From NCBI GenBank assembly GCA_032122615.1, contig JAQBGF010000009.1, positions 2,015 to 66,014 of the forward strand: a stretch of DNA of 64,000 nt, in the 5' to 3' direction. Under the pieces are notes generated by a model that saw nothing but the letters and a program-made list of their open reading frames with translations, ran no database searches and had not been told where the DNA came from. This DNA comes from Gammaproteobacteria bacterium. GTDB taxonomy: Bacteria > Pseudomonadota > Gammaproteobacteria > Steroidobacterales > GCA-2729495. The position numbers and the translations under genes were made by a program. Shown piece after piece: positions 21,397 to 32,527 of this stretch; within the stretch, counting starts at the first letter, position 1; the number at the start of each line of letters is the position of its first letter.

Positions 21397-22425
21397 TCAG
21401 AGGTAATCCCGGATCAGGAGTTCTGCAATCTGGACAGTGTTCAAGGCCGCCCCCTTGCGGATATTGTCGGACACAACCCAGAGGTTGATGCCACGCTCGC
21501 AGGAAATGTCCTCCCGGATGCGGCCCACATAAACCGGGTCGTGGTTCGCGCCGTCAGTCACTGCCGTTGGATACCCGCCAAGGCGAGCTTCGTCCACCAC
21601 GGTAATGCCGGGCGCGCGCTCGAGCAGCGTCCGAACTTCCCGGGCGCTGATCTTTCGCCGGGTTTCGATATGCACGGCCTCCGAGTGACCAAAAAAGACC
21701 GGCACCCGAACAGCCGTTGGATTGATCTGGATCGACTCGTCACCGAGGATCTTGCGTGTCTCCCACACCATCTTCATTTCTTCCCGGGTGTAACCGTTCT
21801 CCTCGAAATCGTCGATGTGGGGCACGACATTGAACGCGATCTGCTTGGCCGCACCGCCGGTCTCCACCGGTTGCGCGTTCAGCAACTGTGAAGTCTGGGC
21901 TGCCAGAGTTTCGACCGAGCGCCGCCCGGCGCCGGACACGGACTGATAGGTAGCGACGTTAATGCGGGTAATGCCGGCGGCGTCGTGGATGGGCTTCAAC
22001 GCGACGACCATCTGGATGGTCGAGCAATTGGGGTTGGCAATTATATTGCGCCCACGGTAGCCCTTGATCGCTTCCGGATTCACTTCCGGCACAATCAGCG
22101 GGATATCCGGCTCGTTGCGAAATCTGGACGTGTTGTCGATCACAATGCAGCCGGCCGCTCCCGCGCGGGGTGCGTGCTCGCCGGAAACGCTACCGCCTGC
22201 AGAGAACAGCCCGAGATCAACACCCTGGAAATCGAATTTGGCCAGGTCCCGGACACGGTGGGTTTTGCCACCGAAGCTCACGGTCTTACCCACCGACCGC
22301 TCGCTCGCCAGCGGAATTAGCTCACTGACGGGAAATTTCCGTTCCTCCAGGATCTGGAGGATGGCCTCACCGACGAGGCCCGTGACTCCGACGACAGCAA
22401 CACGATAAGCATCCTTGCTAGGCAT
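21397..22425 (-). CDS. asd: aspartate-semialdehyde dehydrogenase (short Asd2/Usg-type, 342 aa)
   Basis: Rossmann segment VAVVGVTGLVGEAILQIL and active-site context IIANPNCSTIQMVVALKP. Whether it is the functional Asd or the Usg paralogue cannot be decided here. Confidence 0.8.
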   Translation of the reverse strand: MPSKDAYRVAVVGVTGLVGEAILQILEERKFPVSELIPLASERSVGKTVSFGGKTHRVRDLAKFDFQGVDLGLFSAGGSVSGEHAPRAGAAGCIVIDNTSRFRNEPDIPLIVPEVNPEAIKGYRGRNIIANPNCSTIQMVVALKPIHDAAGITRINVATYQSVSGAGRRSVETLAAQTSQLLNAQPVETGGAAKQIAFNVVPHIDDFEENGYTREEMKMVWETRKILGDESIQINPTAVRVPVFFGHSEAVHIETRRKISAREVRTLLERAPGITVVDEARLGGYPTAVTDGANHDPVYVGRIREDISCERGINLWVVSDNIRKGAALNTVQIAELLIRDYL

Positions 22426-22540
22426 ACGATCAACACTCTGCCATTTGTGGCTCGAAATGGTGTGCGAAAAGCATCCGGAACGATCCGGAGCGCCGCGAAG
22501 GATAGGGAATTACGCGCGGACTGCAAGCCCCAGCCGCAGG

Positions 22541-23650
22541 TCAGGACCGGCTTCCACGACCGGCTTCCACGGCCGGGGTCACCGGCTGGACGTCGGCGTT
22601 CTGGGCGCGGTGCCTGAGATAGTGGTCCATCAGCACGATCGCCAGCATCGCTTCTCCGATCGGGGCCGCCCGCAGCCCCACGCAGGGGTCGTGCCGCCCG
22701 GTGGTGGCCACTTCGGTCGCCTCGCCTTCCTCATCGACCGTGTCGCCCGACAACCGGATGCTCGAGGTCGGCTTCAACGCCATGCTGATCAGGATGTCCT
22801 GACCCGTGGAGATCCCGCCCAGGACCCCGCCGGAAGCATTGCGGCGAAAGCCGGCTGGAGTGATTTCGTCGCGGTGTTCCGTGCCCTTCTGGGCGACCAC
22901 CGCAAATCCCGCGCCGAGCTCGACGGCGCGTACGGCGTTAATGCTCATGATCGCGTGTGCAATATCAGCCTCGAGCTTGTCGAACACCGGTTCGCCAAGG
23001 CCCGCGGGGACGCCGCTCGCCACCACGTTGATCCGCGCGCCAATGGAATTGCCCTCCTTGCGCAGCGCATCCATATACGCCTCAAGTTCGGGCACCCGCG
23101 ACGGATCCGGACAGAAAAACGGGTTGTCATCAACCGTAGACAAGTCGACCACGTCCAGCACCAACGGACCCAGCTGACGAAGGTAACCACGGATCTCGAC
23201 GCCCAAGCGCAACTGGAGGTATTTGCGTGCGATTGCACCCGCTGCCACTCGCATCGCCGTTTCCCGCGCCGACGAGCGGCCCCCGCCACGGTAGTCGCGG
23301 ATGCCGTACTTCTGCTGGTAGGTGTAATCCGCGTGTCCCGGCCGGAAGCGGTCCTTGATCTTCCGGTAGTCCCCCGACTTCTGGTCAACGTTCTCGATGA
23401 GCAGGCCGATGGGGGTGCCGGTGGTCAGGCCCTCGAATACGCCCGAAAGTATTTTTACCGCATCCGGTTCCCGGCGCTGCGTGGTGTGCCGGGACTTTCC
23501 CGGCCTTCGTCGTTCCAGATCCTTCTGGATGTCGGCCTCGGCGAGCGGCATACCCGGCGGACAACCGTCGACGATACAGCCGAGCGCCGGCCCATGGCTC
23601 TCGCCAAAGGTCGTGACGGTAAAGGACTTGCCGATAGTATTGCCGGACAT
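22541..23650 (-). CDS. aroC: chorismate synthase
   Basis: [33 protein letters not shown]...[11 protein letters not shown]. Confidence 0.96.
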   Translation of the reverse strand: MSGNTIGKSFTVTTFGESHGPALGCIVDGCPPGMPLAEADIQKDLERRRPGKSRHTTQRREPDAVKILSGVFEGLTTGTPIGLLIENVDQKSGDYRKIKDRFRPGHADYTYQQKYGIRDYRGGGRSSARETAMRVAAGAIARKYLQLRLGVEIRGYLRQLGPLVLDVVDLSTVDDNPFFCPDPSRVPELEAYMDALRKEGNSIGARINVVASGVPAGLGEPVFDKLEADIAHAIMSINAVRAVELGAGFAVVAQKGTEHRDEITPAGFRRNASGGVLGGISTGQDILISMALKPTSSIRLSGDTVDEEGEATEVATTGRHDPCVGLRAAPIGEAMLAIVLMDHYLRHRAQNADVQPVTPAVEAGRGSRS

Positions 23651-23664
23651 CAGTATTCTGCTTG

Positions 23665-24603
23665 TCAGTGTTCGTTCGCGGGAAGGCTGGCCCGAAGATC
23701 TGCGGCGCTAACCAGGGCGATGCCCTCCCCGCCATTGAGGAGGTCAGGCCACAGGAAAGGCACCGTTGGGAAACGGGCCTCCAGAACGCCGATCCCGGCC
23801 CCGACTTCCAGCGCGAGCCAGCCCTTCGGCGTCAAAAAGCGAGCGGAATGGTGCAGGATTCTCGCCGGGGTTTCCATCCCGTCAGTCCCGGATACAAGCG
23901 CGAGCCGCGGCTCGTGTCCGTACTCGGGCGGAAACGTCCGCAGGTCTTCCTCAGGCACATAGGGAGGATTGGTGACGATCAGATCGAAAAGACCTTCAAG
24001 CCCTGCAAAAAGATCGGCCTGGACCAGCTCCACGCGGTCCCGCAGGCCATGCCGCTCCACGTTGCGAGCCGCAACTGCCAGGGCATCGGTGGAGATATCG
24101 GTGGCAATTACGCGGCTGTCGGGGAATGCGCGTGCCAGGGCGACCGCAATGCAACCGCTGCCCGTGCCAATTTCGAGTATGCGCCTGACTCCGGCGGGAT
24201 CCAGCCATGGCTCGAATCGGTGGGCAATGAGCTCCGCAAAGGGCGAGCGGGGAATCAGCACCCGTTCGTCCACATAAAACGGCAATCCGGCGAACCAGGC
24301 CTCACCCGTAAGGTATGGCAAGGGGCGACGGCTGCTGACGCGCGCTTCAAGCATTGCTTCGATTTGCGCCCGTTCCGCCTGAGGTACTTCGCGAGTGTAG
24401 GCCCGCAAGGCATCCGCGTGATCAAGCCCCATGACATGGAAGACGAGCGCGGCTGCCTCATCCCGCGCGTTCCCGGTACCGTGGCCAAAATACGCACCGG
24501 AGCGGGCCAGACGCCGGGCACATGAATCGATCAGCCCGGCAACCGTGTCACTGACGCCCGTGTTTCGGGAGCGCCAACGCTCGCCACCGGATCCTGATGC
24601 CAT
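23665..24603 (-). CDS. prmB: 50S ribosomal protein L3 glutamine methyltransferase PrmB
   Basis: SAM motif [13 protein letters not shown] and NPPY motif IVTNPPYVP. Adjacent to aroC as in E. coli. The track ORF extends to 25128 but that part overlaps psd on the other strand, so I start at ATG 24603 (24627 is possible). Confidence 0.88.
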   Translation of the reverse strand: MASGSGGERWRSRNTGVSDTVAGLIDSCARRLARSGAYFGHGTGNARDEAAALVFHVMGLDHADALRAYTREVPQAERAQIEAMLEARVSSRRPLPYLTGEAWFAGLPFYVDERVLIPRSPFAELIAHRFEPWLDPAGVRRILEIGTGSGCIAVALARAFPDSRVIATDISTDALAVAARNVERHGLRDRVELVQADLFAGLEGLFDLIVTNPPYVPEEDLRTFPPEYGHEPRLALVSGTDGMETPARILHHSARFLTPKGWLALEVGAGIGVLEARFPTVPFLWPDLLNGGEGIALVSAADLRASLPANEH

Positions 24604-24675
24604 GCTCCGCCTACCGCCGAGTTCCATGCCGGCGTATAGAATACGTCGCCGCCGCGCTCCGGGAACCCACTGCCG

Positions 24676-25545
24676 ATGCTGCCAACCGTTCTGGACCAAC
24701 TCTTCGTCCTGATGCAGCGCCTGCTGCCGGAACGACTGCTGGGTCACGCCGTCCGTGCCCTCACGCGAAGCGAGGTCCCGTGGCTCCGCAGCCTGCTCAT
24801 TCGCGCCTTCGTGCGCGTGTACGACGTTGATCTTGCTGAAGTGGAGCACCCCGAACCCCGATCCTGGGCGCACATGAACGCATTTTTCACGCGCCCGCTC
24901 CGCACCGGCGCACGCCCCATCGCTACGGGCGAAGACACAGTCGTGAGTCCGAGCGACGGCCTCCTTGAGCAACTTGGCTACGCCGAAGCGGAACAATTGG
25001 TGCAGGCCAAGCACTTCCGCTACAGCATTGCCGACTTTCTCGCGCTGGATGCGGCGGAGGCGGAGCCATTCCAGGGTGGCGCCACGGCCACCGTCTACCT
25101 CGCCCCTCGCGACTATCACCGGGTGCACATGCCGCTCGGCGGGCGAGTAACCGACATGACCTACGTGCCGGGCCGGCGCTGGGCAGTCAACCGGCGCACC
25201 GTGCGCACCGTACCGGGACTATTCGCGGCCAACGAGCGCGTAATCCTTTGGTGCGAGAACGCCGCGGGCCGGTTTGCCGTGGTCCTGGTCGGTGCGTTGA
25301 ACGTAGCCAGCATCTCGCTGGCCTGGAGCGGCGAAATTCCGTCGGCAGGCAGGGTCGTCCGGACTCGTTACGGGGCAACAGACCCGGCGCTGATGATTCC
25401 GGCCGGCGGCCTGCTCGGGCAGTTCAACCTGGGCTCTACCGTCGTGATTGTGGCGGAGCGCGGTCTGATTACCTGGGATGACGATCCGAATCGGGGTGTA
25501 CCGATCCGGATGGGAACCCGCCTCGGTCAAAGCGCCGGCCTCTGA
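24676..25545 (+). CDS. psd: phosphatidylserine decarboxylase proenzyme
   Basis: 289 aa with DYHRVHMP and the self-cleavage motif FNLGSTVV (LGST). Confidence 0.93.
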   Translation: MLPTVLDQLFVLMQRLLPERLLGHAVRALTRSEVPWLRSLLIRAFVRVYDVDLAEVEHPEPRSWAHMNAFFTRPLRTGARPIATGEDTVVSPSDGLLEQLGYAEAEQLVQAKHFRYSIADFLALDAAEAEPFQGGATATVYLAPRDYHRVHMPLGGRVTDMTYVPGRRWAVNRRTVRTVPGLFAANERVILWCENAAGRFAVVLVGALNVASISLAWSGEIPSAGRVVRTRYGATDPALMIPAGGLLGQFNLGSTVVIVAERGLITWDDDPNRGVPIRMGTRLGQSAGL

Positions 25546-26546
25546 TGCGCTGGCAATCGAGTGCATCGCTGCTCACTCTTCGCCAGCGATCGTGTTTACT
25601 CGCCACGGCCCGCGACTTCTTCAGCAGCCGTGGCCTTGTGGAAGTGGAAACACCGGCGCTCGTGCAGCACGCGGTCACGGACCCGCACCTGCAGAATATT
25701 CCGCTGAGACTGGGGCACGGCGAACAGCTGTTCCTGCACACGTCGCCCGAGTTTCACATGAAGCGCCTGCTTGCCGGAGGCGCCCCGGACATCTGGCAGC
25801 TCGGCAAGGTTTTTCGCGACGGCGAAGCGGGAGCACGCCACGAGCCAGAATTCACACTGCTGGAATGGTATCGCCACGACTACACGCTCCAGGAACTCGT
25901 CGCGGAAACCTGCGAATTGCTGACCACTCTCGCTAAGGCCGCGGAACGCGTCGGGGCGCCGGCCACGATAACCGCGGACCCGCCGCATCACTGGACTTAC
26001 GCCGCGCTGTTCCTCGAGACCCTCGACATTGATCCACTGACGGCGACGACGGCGGACCTCCACAATCGTGCCCGGACCGTGCTGGGGGACCGGTTAAGCG
26101 ATGAGTTGTGCGGCAGCCTCGGTAACGAGCCCACCCTCTGGCTTGACTTGCTAATGAGTCACGTCGTCCGCGAGCAACTGGCCGGGACCGGAATTGCCGT
26201 AATCTCCGGTTACCCGGCCGCTCAGGCTGCTCTCGCCCGCCTCGACCCCGCCGACCCGCGCGTCGCGGAGCGCTTCGAGGTTTTCTGCCAGGGAATTGAA
26301 GTGGCGAATGGTTACCGGGAGCTTCGCGATGCGCCGGAACAGCGCCGGCGTTTCGCCACCGACCGGGACTTCAGGGTTCGCCTCGGTCGACCGGATGTCG
26401 CGCCGGACGAGAACCTGCTGGCCGCCATGGAGCACGGCCTGCCCGAGTGCGCCGGTGTCGCGGTAGGCTTTGATCGCGTGGTTATGGTCCTGCTTGGACT
26501 CCACACGCTGCAGGAAAGCATCAGCTTCCCGGTACTGCCGACCTGA
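25545..26546 (+). CDS. epmA: EF-P-lysine lysyltransferase EpmA (PoxA/GenX)
   Basis: Truncated class II LysRS-like protein: FFSSRGLVEVETPAL...LHTSPEFHMKRLLAGG...FRDGEAGARHEPEFTLLEWY. Its ATG overlaps the psd stop as TGATG. Confidence 0.9.
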   Translation: MRWQSSASLLTLRQRSCLLATARDFFSSRGLVEVETPALVQHAVTDPHLQNIPLRLGHGEQLFLHTSPEFHMKRLLAGGAPDIWQLGKVFRDGEAGARHEPEFTLLEWYRHDYTLQELVAETCELLTTLAKAAERVGAPATITADPPHHWTYAALFLETLDIDPLTATTADLHNRARTVLGDRLSDELCGSLGNEPTLWLDLLMSHVVREQLAGTGIAVISGYPAAQAALARLDPADPRVAERFEVFCQGIEVANGYRELRDAPEQRRRFATDRDFRVRLGRPDVAPDENLLAAMEHGLPECAGVAVGFDRVVMVLLGLHTLQESISFPVLPT

Positions 26547-26580
26547 GGGCTGCCTGCCGACAGACCAGCTACAGCCGCCC

Positions 26581-27147
26581 TTACTTCACCCGCGACACGT
26601 ACTCCCCGGAGCGTGTGTCCACCTTGATGACTTCGCCCTCGTTGAGAAAGAGCGGCACCTTGACGATAGCGCCGGTCTCGACCTTCGCAGGCTTCATGCC
26701 ACCCGTCGCGGTGTCCCCCCGAACCCCGGGATCCGTCTCGACTATCTTGAGTTCAACGAAAATTGGCGGCACTACCGTTAGTGGCACGCCATTCCAGAGC
26801 GTCACCGTGCAGGTATCCTGCTCCCGCAACCACTGCTTCGCTTCATCAACGGCGGTACCCGAGGCCGGAAGTTGCTCGAAGTTCTCCGGGTCCATGAAGT
26901 ACCACATGTCGCTATCGTTGTAGAGATACTGCATCGGCCGGTCCATCACGTCTGCCGATTCGATCGAGTCGCTATTGCGGTAGGTCTTTTCCACCGTCCG
27001 CCCGGTACGAAGGTTCCGGATGCGGACGCGGTTAAACGCCTGGCCCTTGCCGGGCTTGACGAATTCATTATCAACGACGGTGCACGGATCGCCATCGATC
27101 AGCACCTTACTGCCACCCCGTAGATCGCTCGCACTGTAATTAGCCAT
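26581..27147 (-). CDS. efp: elongation factor P
   Basis: [41 protein letters not shown] carries Lys34 in the KPGKG loop. The track ORF's N-terminal 25 codons are discarded. Confidence 0.95.
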   Translation of the reverse strand: MANYSASDLRGGSKVLIDGDPCTVVDNEFVKPGKGQAFNRVRIRNLRTGRTVEKTYRNSDSIESADVMDRPMQYLYNDSDMWYFMDPENFEQLPASGTAVDEAKQWLREQDTCTVTLWNGVPLTVVPPIFVELKIVETDPGVRGDTATGGMKPAKVETGAIVKVPLFLNEGEVIKVDTRSGEYVSRVK

Positions 27148-27190
27148 AGAAATCCAATCAGTTACGTAGCCAGCTATTCTAGCCGGATAC

Positions 27191-28222
27191 ATGCGCCCCG
27201 CCACACCCCACATAAACCCCATTCCCGTCGAACCGACCCGCTGGCAGGCCGAACTTGCGCGTGGCTTTCAAAGCCCCGCCGACCTCCTCGCGGCGCTCGG
27301 TCTGACGGCCGCAGACTGTGGTCTGGCCACCGACGGAACAAACGGATTTCCGCTGCGGGTGCCCCGTGGCTTTGTGGCCCGTATGCGCCACGGGGATCCC
27401 CGGGACCCCTTGCTGCTGCAGGTACTGCCAGTTCAGGAGGAGTCCCTGCCAGCAGTCGGGTTCGTCGCCGATCCCATCGGCGACCTGGCCAGCACACGCA
27501 CCCCGGGGCTGCTGCAGAAGTACGCCGGCCGCGCGCTACTGATTACGACCGGGGCGTGCGCAATACACTGTCGCTACTGCTTCCGGCGCGAATTCCCGTA
27601 CGCGCAACACAGCGCCGCCGGCCATCTGGCCGAGGCCCTTAAGGCAATTTCTGCCGACCCCTCGCTGACTGAGATCCTCCTGAGCGGGGGAGACCCCCTC
27701 GTCCTCGGCGAGAGCCGGCTCGAGAATCTGCTCGACGCTCTTGATGCCATTCCCCACGTTGAGCGCATCCGGTTGCATTCGCGTGTCCCTGTCGTGCTGC
27801 CTGAGCGGATTGACGAGCAACTGCTCGCGCTACTTGGCCGCCTTCGTGCGGCCGTAGTCTTCGTCATCCATGCGAATCACGCCAGTGAGATCGATGCGTC
27901 CGTAATTGCCGCCCTTGAACGGCTTTCTACGGTTACCGGCACCGTACTGAATCAATCCGTCCTGCTTCGCGGCATCAACGACTCTCCGGAGGCCCTCGTG
28001 GCTCTTTCCCACGCGCTATTTGCAGGCGGTGCCTTACCCTACTACCTGCATCAACTGGATCCCGTTTCAGGCACGCAGCACTTTGCAGTGAGCGACGCGC
28101 AGGCGCTGGCGCTGATTACCGAGATGATGAGGCGACTGCCTGGATACCTGGTGCCGAGGCTCGTGCGCGAAACGGCCGGCACTGCATCGAAGACACTGCT
28201 CGGACCATTCGGCGCGACATAA
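27191..28222 (+). CDS. epmB: EF-P beta-lysylation protein EpmB (lysine 2,3-aminomutase-like radical SAM)
   Basis: Radical-SAM triad [13 protein letters not shown]. KamA-like length, divergent from efp. Confidence 0.9.
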   Translation: MRPATPHINPIPVEPTRWQAELARGFQSPADLLAALGLTAADCGLATDGTNGFPLRVPRGFVARMRHGDPRDPLLLQVLPVQEESLPAVGFVADPIGDLASTRTPGLLQKYAGRALLITTGACAIHCRYCFRREFPYAQHSAAGHLAEALKAISADPSLTEILLSGGDPLVLGESRLENLLDALDAIPHVERIRLHSRVPVVLPERIDEQLLALLGRLRAAVVFVIHANHASEIDASVIAALERLSTVTGTVLNQSVLLRGINDSPEALVALSHALFAGGALPYYLHQLDPVSGTQHFAVSDAQALALITEMMRRLPGYLVPRLVRETAGTASKTLLGPFGAT

Positions 28223-28312
28223 CTCCAGCCACCCCACATAACTGGACAACGATCACATAATCCCTGCGCACCCACCGCCACAATCTCGCTCCACTACAGG
28301 TACCAGGCAGGT

Positions 28313-30403
28313 GTGGGGTTGGGCAACTCCGTAGGCATTCCTCTGATCGTCATCAGTCGTACTGACGATCACATGACGACGATCAATTCAGTACTTCGGG
28401 ACAGCGGACATCCGGTTCACTGTCAGCGCGTGAATGATCTCGCGACACTCGGTGAGCGCTTGCAGTCGCAGCCTCCCGAAATACTGCTGTACTTCGACGG
28501 TCACAATGAAATCGATTTTTCGGCGGTAGTTGCGGCCGTTGCCCAATGCTCGCCACCGCCACCTCTGCTTGTAGTCCAGGGCCAGGTCGATGAGCCGAGT
28601 ATCGCCGTTGCCATGGAAAGCGGCGCCCGGGATGTCGTCTCACTGACTCACCGCAACCGTTTACGCGCTGTCGTCGCACGTGAGTTGCACGCGCATCGCC
28701 TGCGGCTTGCACTCGAAGGCGTCCTCAATTCTGCCCGCCAGTACAAGCACGAGTTGCGCAGCCTGATGAGCGGTGCCTCGGAAGCCATAGTAGACATTCA
28801 CGACGGGATCATCGTGGCCGTGAACCCGGCGTGGTCGGCCCTGCTCGGCATGGAGCCGGAAGATGACTTGATCGGCCAGCCTTTCATGGACCTGTTTCGC
28901 GAGGCTGACCAGTCAACGCTCAAGGGCGCGCTGGTCGCGTGCCTCAAGGACAAGTGGCAGGACGACGCCATACTGCCGGTCGTTGCCTACCGAAAGGACG
29001 AAACGGAACTGCCGCTGGAACTGCGGCTTAAGCGTGTGACCGTGGATGGCGATCCCGCCGTTCGAGTCATTGCGCCCAGTGATCGTCAACGAGAGCAGGC
29101 TCCGGAAGACCTGCTGACGCAGGCTGTGGCCCGGGATCCCTCTACCGGCTTCTACCAGCGACACTACTTTGTTGAGTGCCTCTCGGCACGACTGGTAAAT
29201 CCACCGACAGGCGGAGTCCGCGCCCTCGCCTATATACGTCCGGATCACTTTGCTCGCGTTCAGTCGGACGTGGGCTTGCTGGGAACCGAGGCGCTGCTGA
29301 TGCGTCTCGCCGAGGTAGTGCGTGAACTCACTCAGCCCGGCGATCTCTACGGTCGCTTTGGCGGCACCATGTTCACCGTCCTCGTCGAGCGCGGCACCAT
29401 GACCGATGTGCGGGCCTGGGCCGGTCAGTTGTGCAAGGCGGTGGCCAACCAGGTGTTCGAGTTCGAAACCCAGTCCACCTCGATGTCCTGCACGATTGGC
29501 CTGTGCGAGATCCGGCCGTCCGAGCGGAGCGCGGCGGAGCGCCTCACCGAGGCCGAGCAAGCCTGTCGCAGTGGTCGTGATCTGGGCGGGAACCGGGTGA
29601 TGCTGAGCGACAACACCAGCGCCACGGAGCGGGTGCGACTGACTGACACGCTGTGGGTCTCCCGGATCCGGGCCGCGCTGATGCAAAATCGCCTCCGCCT
29701 CGTGCACCAGCCCGTGGTCGGACTTCACGAAGAGGTTCAGGGCGTGCTCGACACGCGAGTACGGCTGATCGACGAGCAGGGCGAACCGGTTCTCCCTGCC
29801 GAGTTCATTCCGGCAGCCGAACGCGCCCACCTGATGAAGAACATCGACCGATGGGTGATCGGCGCATCGTTTTCATTCTGCGTCGCCCGGCGGCCGAATC
29901 TCGTCTTTATCCGCCTGTCCCGCGACTCCCTGCTCGACGATTCCCTCATCGACTGGATCAAGGCCCGGGCCCAAAGCACCCACCTCAATCCTTCCAAGGT
30001 CTGCTTCCAGCTCAGTGAAGAGCTCGTCCTCCAGCAGCTGAAGCAGAGCAAGAAAATCGCCGAAAAACTGAGGGAACACGGCTTCCTGTTTGCAGTCGAC
30101 CATCTGGGCTTAGGTCGCGATTCGACGCAATTGCTGGGCCACCTGCCCATGCAGTTCGCCAAAGTCGACGGGAGCCTGATGCAGGGCCTGCACCGCGACA
30201 AGGACCTGCAGAAGACGGTTGGCGACATCGCCGCCCGTGCCCGTGAACTCAATATCAAGACCATCGCCGAGCGCGTCGAAAATGCCAATACGATGGCGAT
30301 CCTCTGGCAGCTTGGCATCGCCTTTGTACAGGGCAACTTTACCCAGACGCACGGCGTGGTCCTCGGCGACGCCGAGCCTGCCGAGCGGCAAGCCGCCGGG
30401 TAG
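28313..30403 (+). CDS. FimX-like REC-PAS-GGDEF-EAL protein with degenerate catalytic motifs
   Basis: N-terminal receiver-like fold (IPLIVISRTDD...ILLYFDG...). PAS-like middle. GGDEF position reads RFGGTMF and the RxxD I-site is QPGD. In the EAL domain, EAL reads DTR (GVLDTRVRL), DDFG reads VDHLG and EGVE reads ERVE. GTG start at 28313. Confidence 0.8.
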   Translation: MGLGNSVGIPLIVISRTDDHMTTINSVLRDSGHPVHCQRVNDLATLGERLQSQPPEILLYFDGHNEIDFSAVVAAVAQCSPPPPLLVVQGQVDEPSIAVAMESGARDVVSLTHRNRLRAVVARELHAHRLRLALEGVLNSARQYKHELRSLMSGASEAIVDIHDGIIVAVNPAWSALLGMEPEDDLIGQPFMDLFREADQSTLKGALVACLKDKWQDDAILPVVAYRKDETELPLELRLKRVTVDGDPAVRVIAPSDRQREQAPEDLLTQAVARDPSTGFYQRHYFVECLSARLVNPPTGGVRALAYIRPDHFARVQSDVGLLGTEALLMRLAEVVRELTQPGDLYGRFGGTMFTVLVERGTMTDVRAWAGQLCKAVANQVFEFETQSTSMSCTIGLCEIRPSERSAAERLTEAEQACRSGRDLGGNRVMLSDNTSATERVRLTDTLWVSRIRAALMQNRLRLVHQPVVGLHEEVQGVLDTRVRLIDEQGEPVLPAEFIPAAERAHLMKNIDRWVIGASFSFCVARRPNLVFIRLSRDSLLDDSLIDWIKARAQSTHLNPSKVCFQLSEELVLQQLKQSKKIAEKLREHGFLFAVDHLGLGRDSTQLLGHLPMQFAKVDGSLMQGLHRDKDLQKTVGDIAARARELNIKTIAERVENANTMAILWQLGIAFVQGNFTQTHGVVLGDAEPAERQAAG

Positions 30404-30565
30404 CCCTGGCGTGCACTCAATCACACTCCGGACGCAGCACGACCGGCCTGGCATTCACGACATAACAGAACGAGACCTGGGTCGTATCCCGGCTGGCCAG
30501 CAGATGGTCTCTTAGCAAGTGACACAGAACCCGCGTTTCAACTTCAGGACCTCAGGGCTTAAATC

Positions 30566-32527
30566 ATGCGCCGACTGCGCCAGTCACGCCGACTGAAACC
30601 TCCGCTTCGCTCGGTCATGCACCAGGTCCCAGCCCGTCCGGCACTGTCGGCAGCACCAGTCATGCGACCAGGAACGGGACGTTCCCTTCTGGCCAGCTCC
30701 CTGCTGCTGGTGCTGGCACCGTCCGCACACGCGCTTACGCTCGGCGAGATCAGTGTTCGATCCGCCCTGGGTCAACCTCTGAATGCGACGGTTCCGCTCC
30801 GTCTCGGGGCTGGCGAGGCGCTGGCCAGCGGGTGCGTGGTGCCAGTTCAACAGCCCTCCGAACTGCGCCACGTTCCGGGCGCCAGCGTGACGACGCCCGA
30901 GGCGATGCGCGAAGGACAGTACGAGCTCCGGGTCAGCAGCGCATCGTCCCTGTACGAACCGATGTACGAGCTGGAACTCAAGGTGAAGTGCCCCGGGTCG
31001 CCCGTCGTGGTCCGGCAATACGTGCTGATGCTGGATCTGCCGGCTGCAATCGCCAGTGCCGCCGCCCTCCCCGGCGTTGCAACCCTTCAAGCGACAGGTT
31101 CCGCCACCGTTCCACTGTCCGACGCGAAGCCCACTTCTCCAGCCGTGCAACCACGCGCGGCCAGACCGCGGGCAACTGCCGCCCGCCCTGGCACCACGAT
31201 CACCAGCGGATCCGTTTACCGGGTTTCGGATGGGGATACGCTGTCAGGCATTGCCGCTCGAGTGCGTGATCGCAATGTGTCGCTCCGGGTCCTGGCTGAT
31301 GCCATCCAGGCGGCCAACTCCGACGCATTTATCCGCAACGACGCTAACCTCATCAAGCTCGGCAGCGAAATCCTGATTCCGAGCCCGGCCGCCAACAGCG
31401 CTCCCGCTGCAGCTTCAGTGCCTCCGCTCGCAACTACCCCGGCCGTACCGCCAGCGCCGGTGGTGATGGCGGCACCGCTACTCGCCGCCGCACCGGAAAT
31501 CCCGGCTGGCACAGCAACGTCCGCCCCGGCGAGCGAAGTGCTATTGCCCGGCGCGCAGACAGAATCGGCCCAGTCTCAAGCGACCGAGACTCAACCAGCC
31601 CGGACGCAAGCGGCTCCAGTGGCTGTGGCGCGACGCACTGTCACGCCGAAAACTGTTGCGGCGCCCGCCGACGACACCGTCGTGGCCGGCCCCGATGAAG
31701 CAAATCCCGCTGCCGCCGCCGGCGCCGGCGTCCTGTTCGGACTGTGCATCAGCGCCCTGCTCTGGTTCCGCGGACGCCTGCCTTCCCGCAAGCGTCAGCT
31801 CGCTAAACCGGTCGCCAGTAAAGCACCCAGCGCTGGCAAGGCACCCAACACCGGCTCACCGACACTGTCAGGCTCGGCCCCGCTCGCCACAGTGGTTCAA
31901 CCCCTGGTAACCCGCACCGTCGAACCCGGTTTCTCCGTGTCCTACTCTGACCAATACGATGATTCACTCGAAGCCACGTTTGCTGCTGAACCCAAACCCG
32001 CGGCCATCGTGCAGCCTTTGAAGGCGCCGCAAGCCGGCGCGGCGGCTCCTGGCGACGAGATCACCTCCGAACTGGAAAAGTTGTTCGACAGCACCGACAC
32101 GACGATCCGCAAGCGCCTGGATGCCCAGACAGCCATCGCCCCTCGCTCGAGCGCCGGCGAGGCAAACGACGCGTTCGAGCCTGCCGAGGTCGAATCGGGC
32201 AACGCTGTGGATTTCTTCGTGGGTGAGCTCGCCGACGACGAGGACGAGGCCATGGCCGCCCAGACGACGGATCTGGCACGACCCAACATCGCTTCAACAT
32301 CGGCTACCGGCAGTGTTGATATTCATGCCCTCGCCACGTCGGCTACCAAGGACGAGCAGCAGGCGCAAACCCTGCTTGAGGCACTGACCCTGCTGGAGCG
32401 CGACTACGAAGAGGAACTGACGGCCAGTCAGGTGCTGGACATGTCAGCCGTGCGCAAGGTGCTTGGCAATAACGCCAACGATGCAACGCAGCTCGGCGAG
32501 GAGCTGCTCCGCAAGAAAGCGCGCTAG
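30566..32527 (+). CDS. second FimV-N-domain / LysM protein (FimV paralogue lacking the FimV C-terminal motif)
   Basis: [25 protein letters not shown]...[10 protein letters not shown] parallels the FimV N-domain at 18416-21280. It also has a LysM-like segment [16 protein letters not shown], one TM ([15 protein letters not shown]) and an acidic tail. The likely true start is ATG 30662 ([24 protein letters not shown] signal). Confidence 0.75.
   Translation: MRRLRQSRRLKPPLRSVMHQVPARPALSAAPVMRPGTGRSLLASSLLLVLAPSAHALTLGEISVRSALGQPLNATVPLRLGAGEALASGCVVPVQQPSELRHVPGASVTTPEAMREGQYELRVSSASSLYEPMYELELKVKCPGSPVVVRQYVLMLDLPAAIASAAALPGVATLQATGSATVPLSDAKPTSPAVQPRAARPRATAARPGTTITSGSVYRVSDGDTLSGIAARVRDRNVSLRVLADAIQAANSDAFIRNDANLIKLGSEILIPSPAANSAPAAASVPPLATTPAVPPAPVVMAAPLLAAAPEIPAGTATSAPASEVLLPGAQTESAQSQATETQPARTQAAPVAVARRTVTPKTVAAPADDTVVAGPDEANPAAAAGAGVLFGLCISALLWFRGRLPSRKRQLAKPVASKAPSAGKAPNTGSPTLSGSAPLATVVQPLVTRTVEPGFSVSYSDQYDDSLEATFAAEPKPAAIVQPLKAPQAGAAAPGDEITSELEKLFDSTDTTIRKRLDAQTAIAPRSSAGEANDAFEPAEVESGNAVDFFVGELADDEDEAMAAQTTDLARPNIASTSATGSVDIHALATSATKDEQQAQTLLEALTLLERDYEEELTASQVLDMSAVRKVLGNNANDATQLGEELLRKKAR

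Noticed and set aside
22415-23962. 515-aa + strand ORF
   Set aside because: It is antisense to aroC and prmB, both of which have unambiguous motifs. The composition (Arg/Ala/Gly/Pro-rich) is typical of GC-skewed non-coding frames.
24604-25128. Upstream 175 codons of the 487-aa ORF containing prmB
   Set aside because: It overlaps psd on the opposite strand, which has a clear LGST motif. PrmB homologues are about 310 aa and the homology starts near [10 protein letters not shown].
28223-28312. Direct repeat CACATAA-N14-CACATAA upstream of the FimX-like gene
   Set aside because: There are only two 7-bp copies with no dyad symmetry and no associated regulator. This could easily arise by chance.
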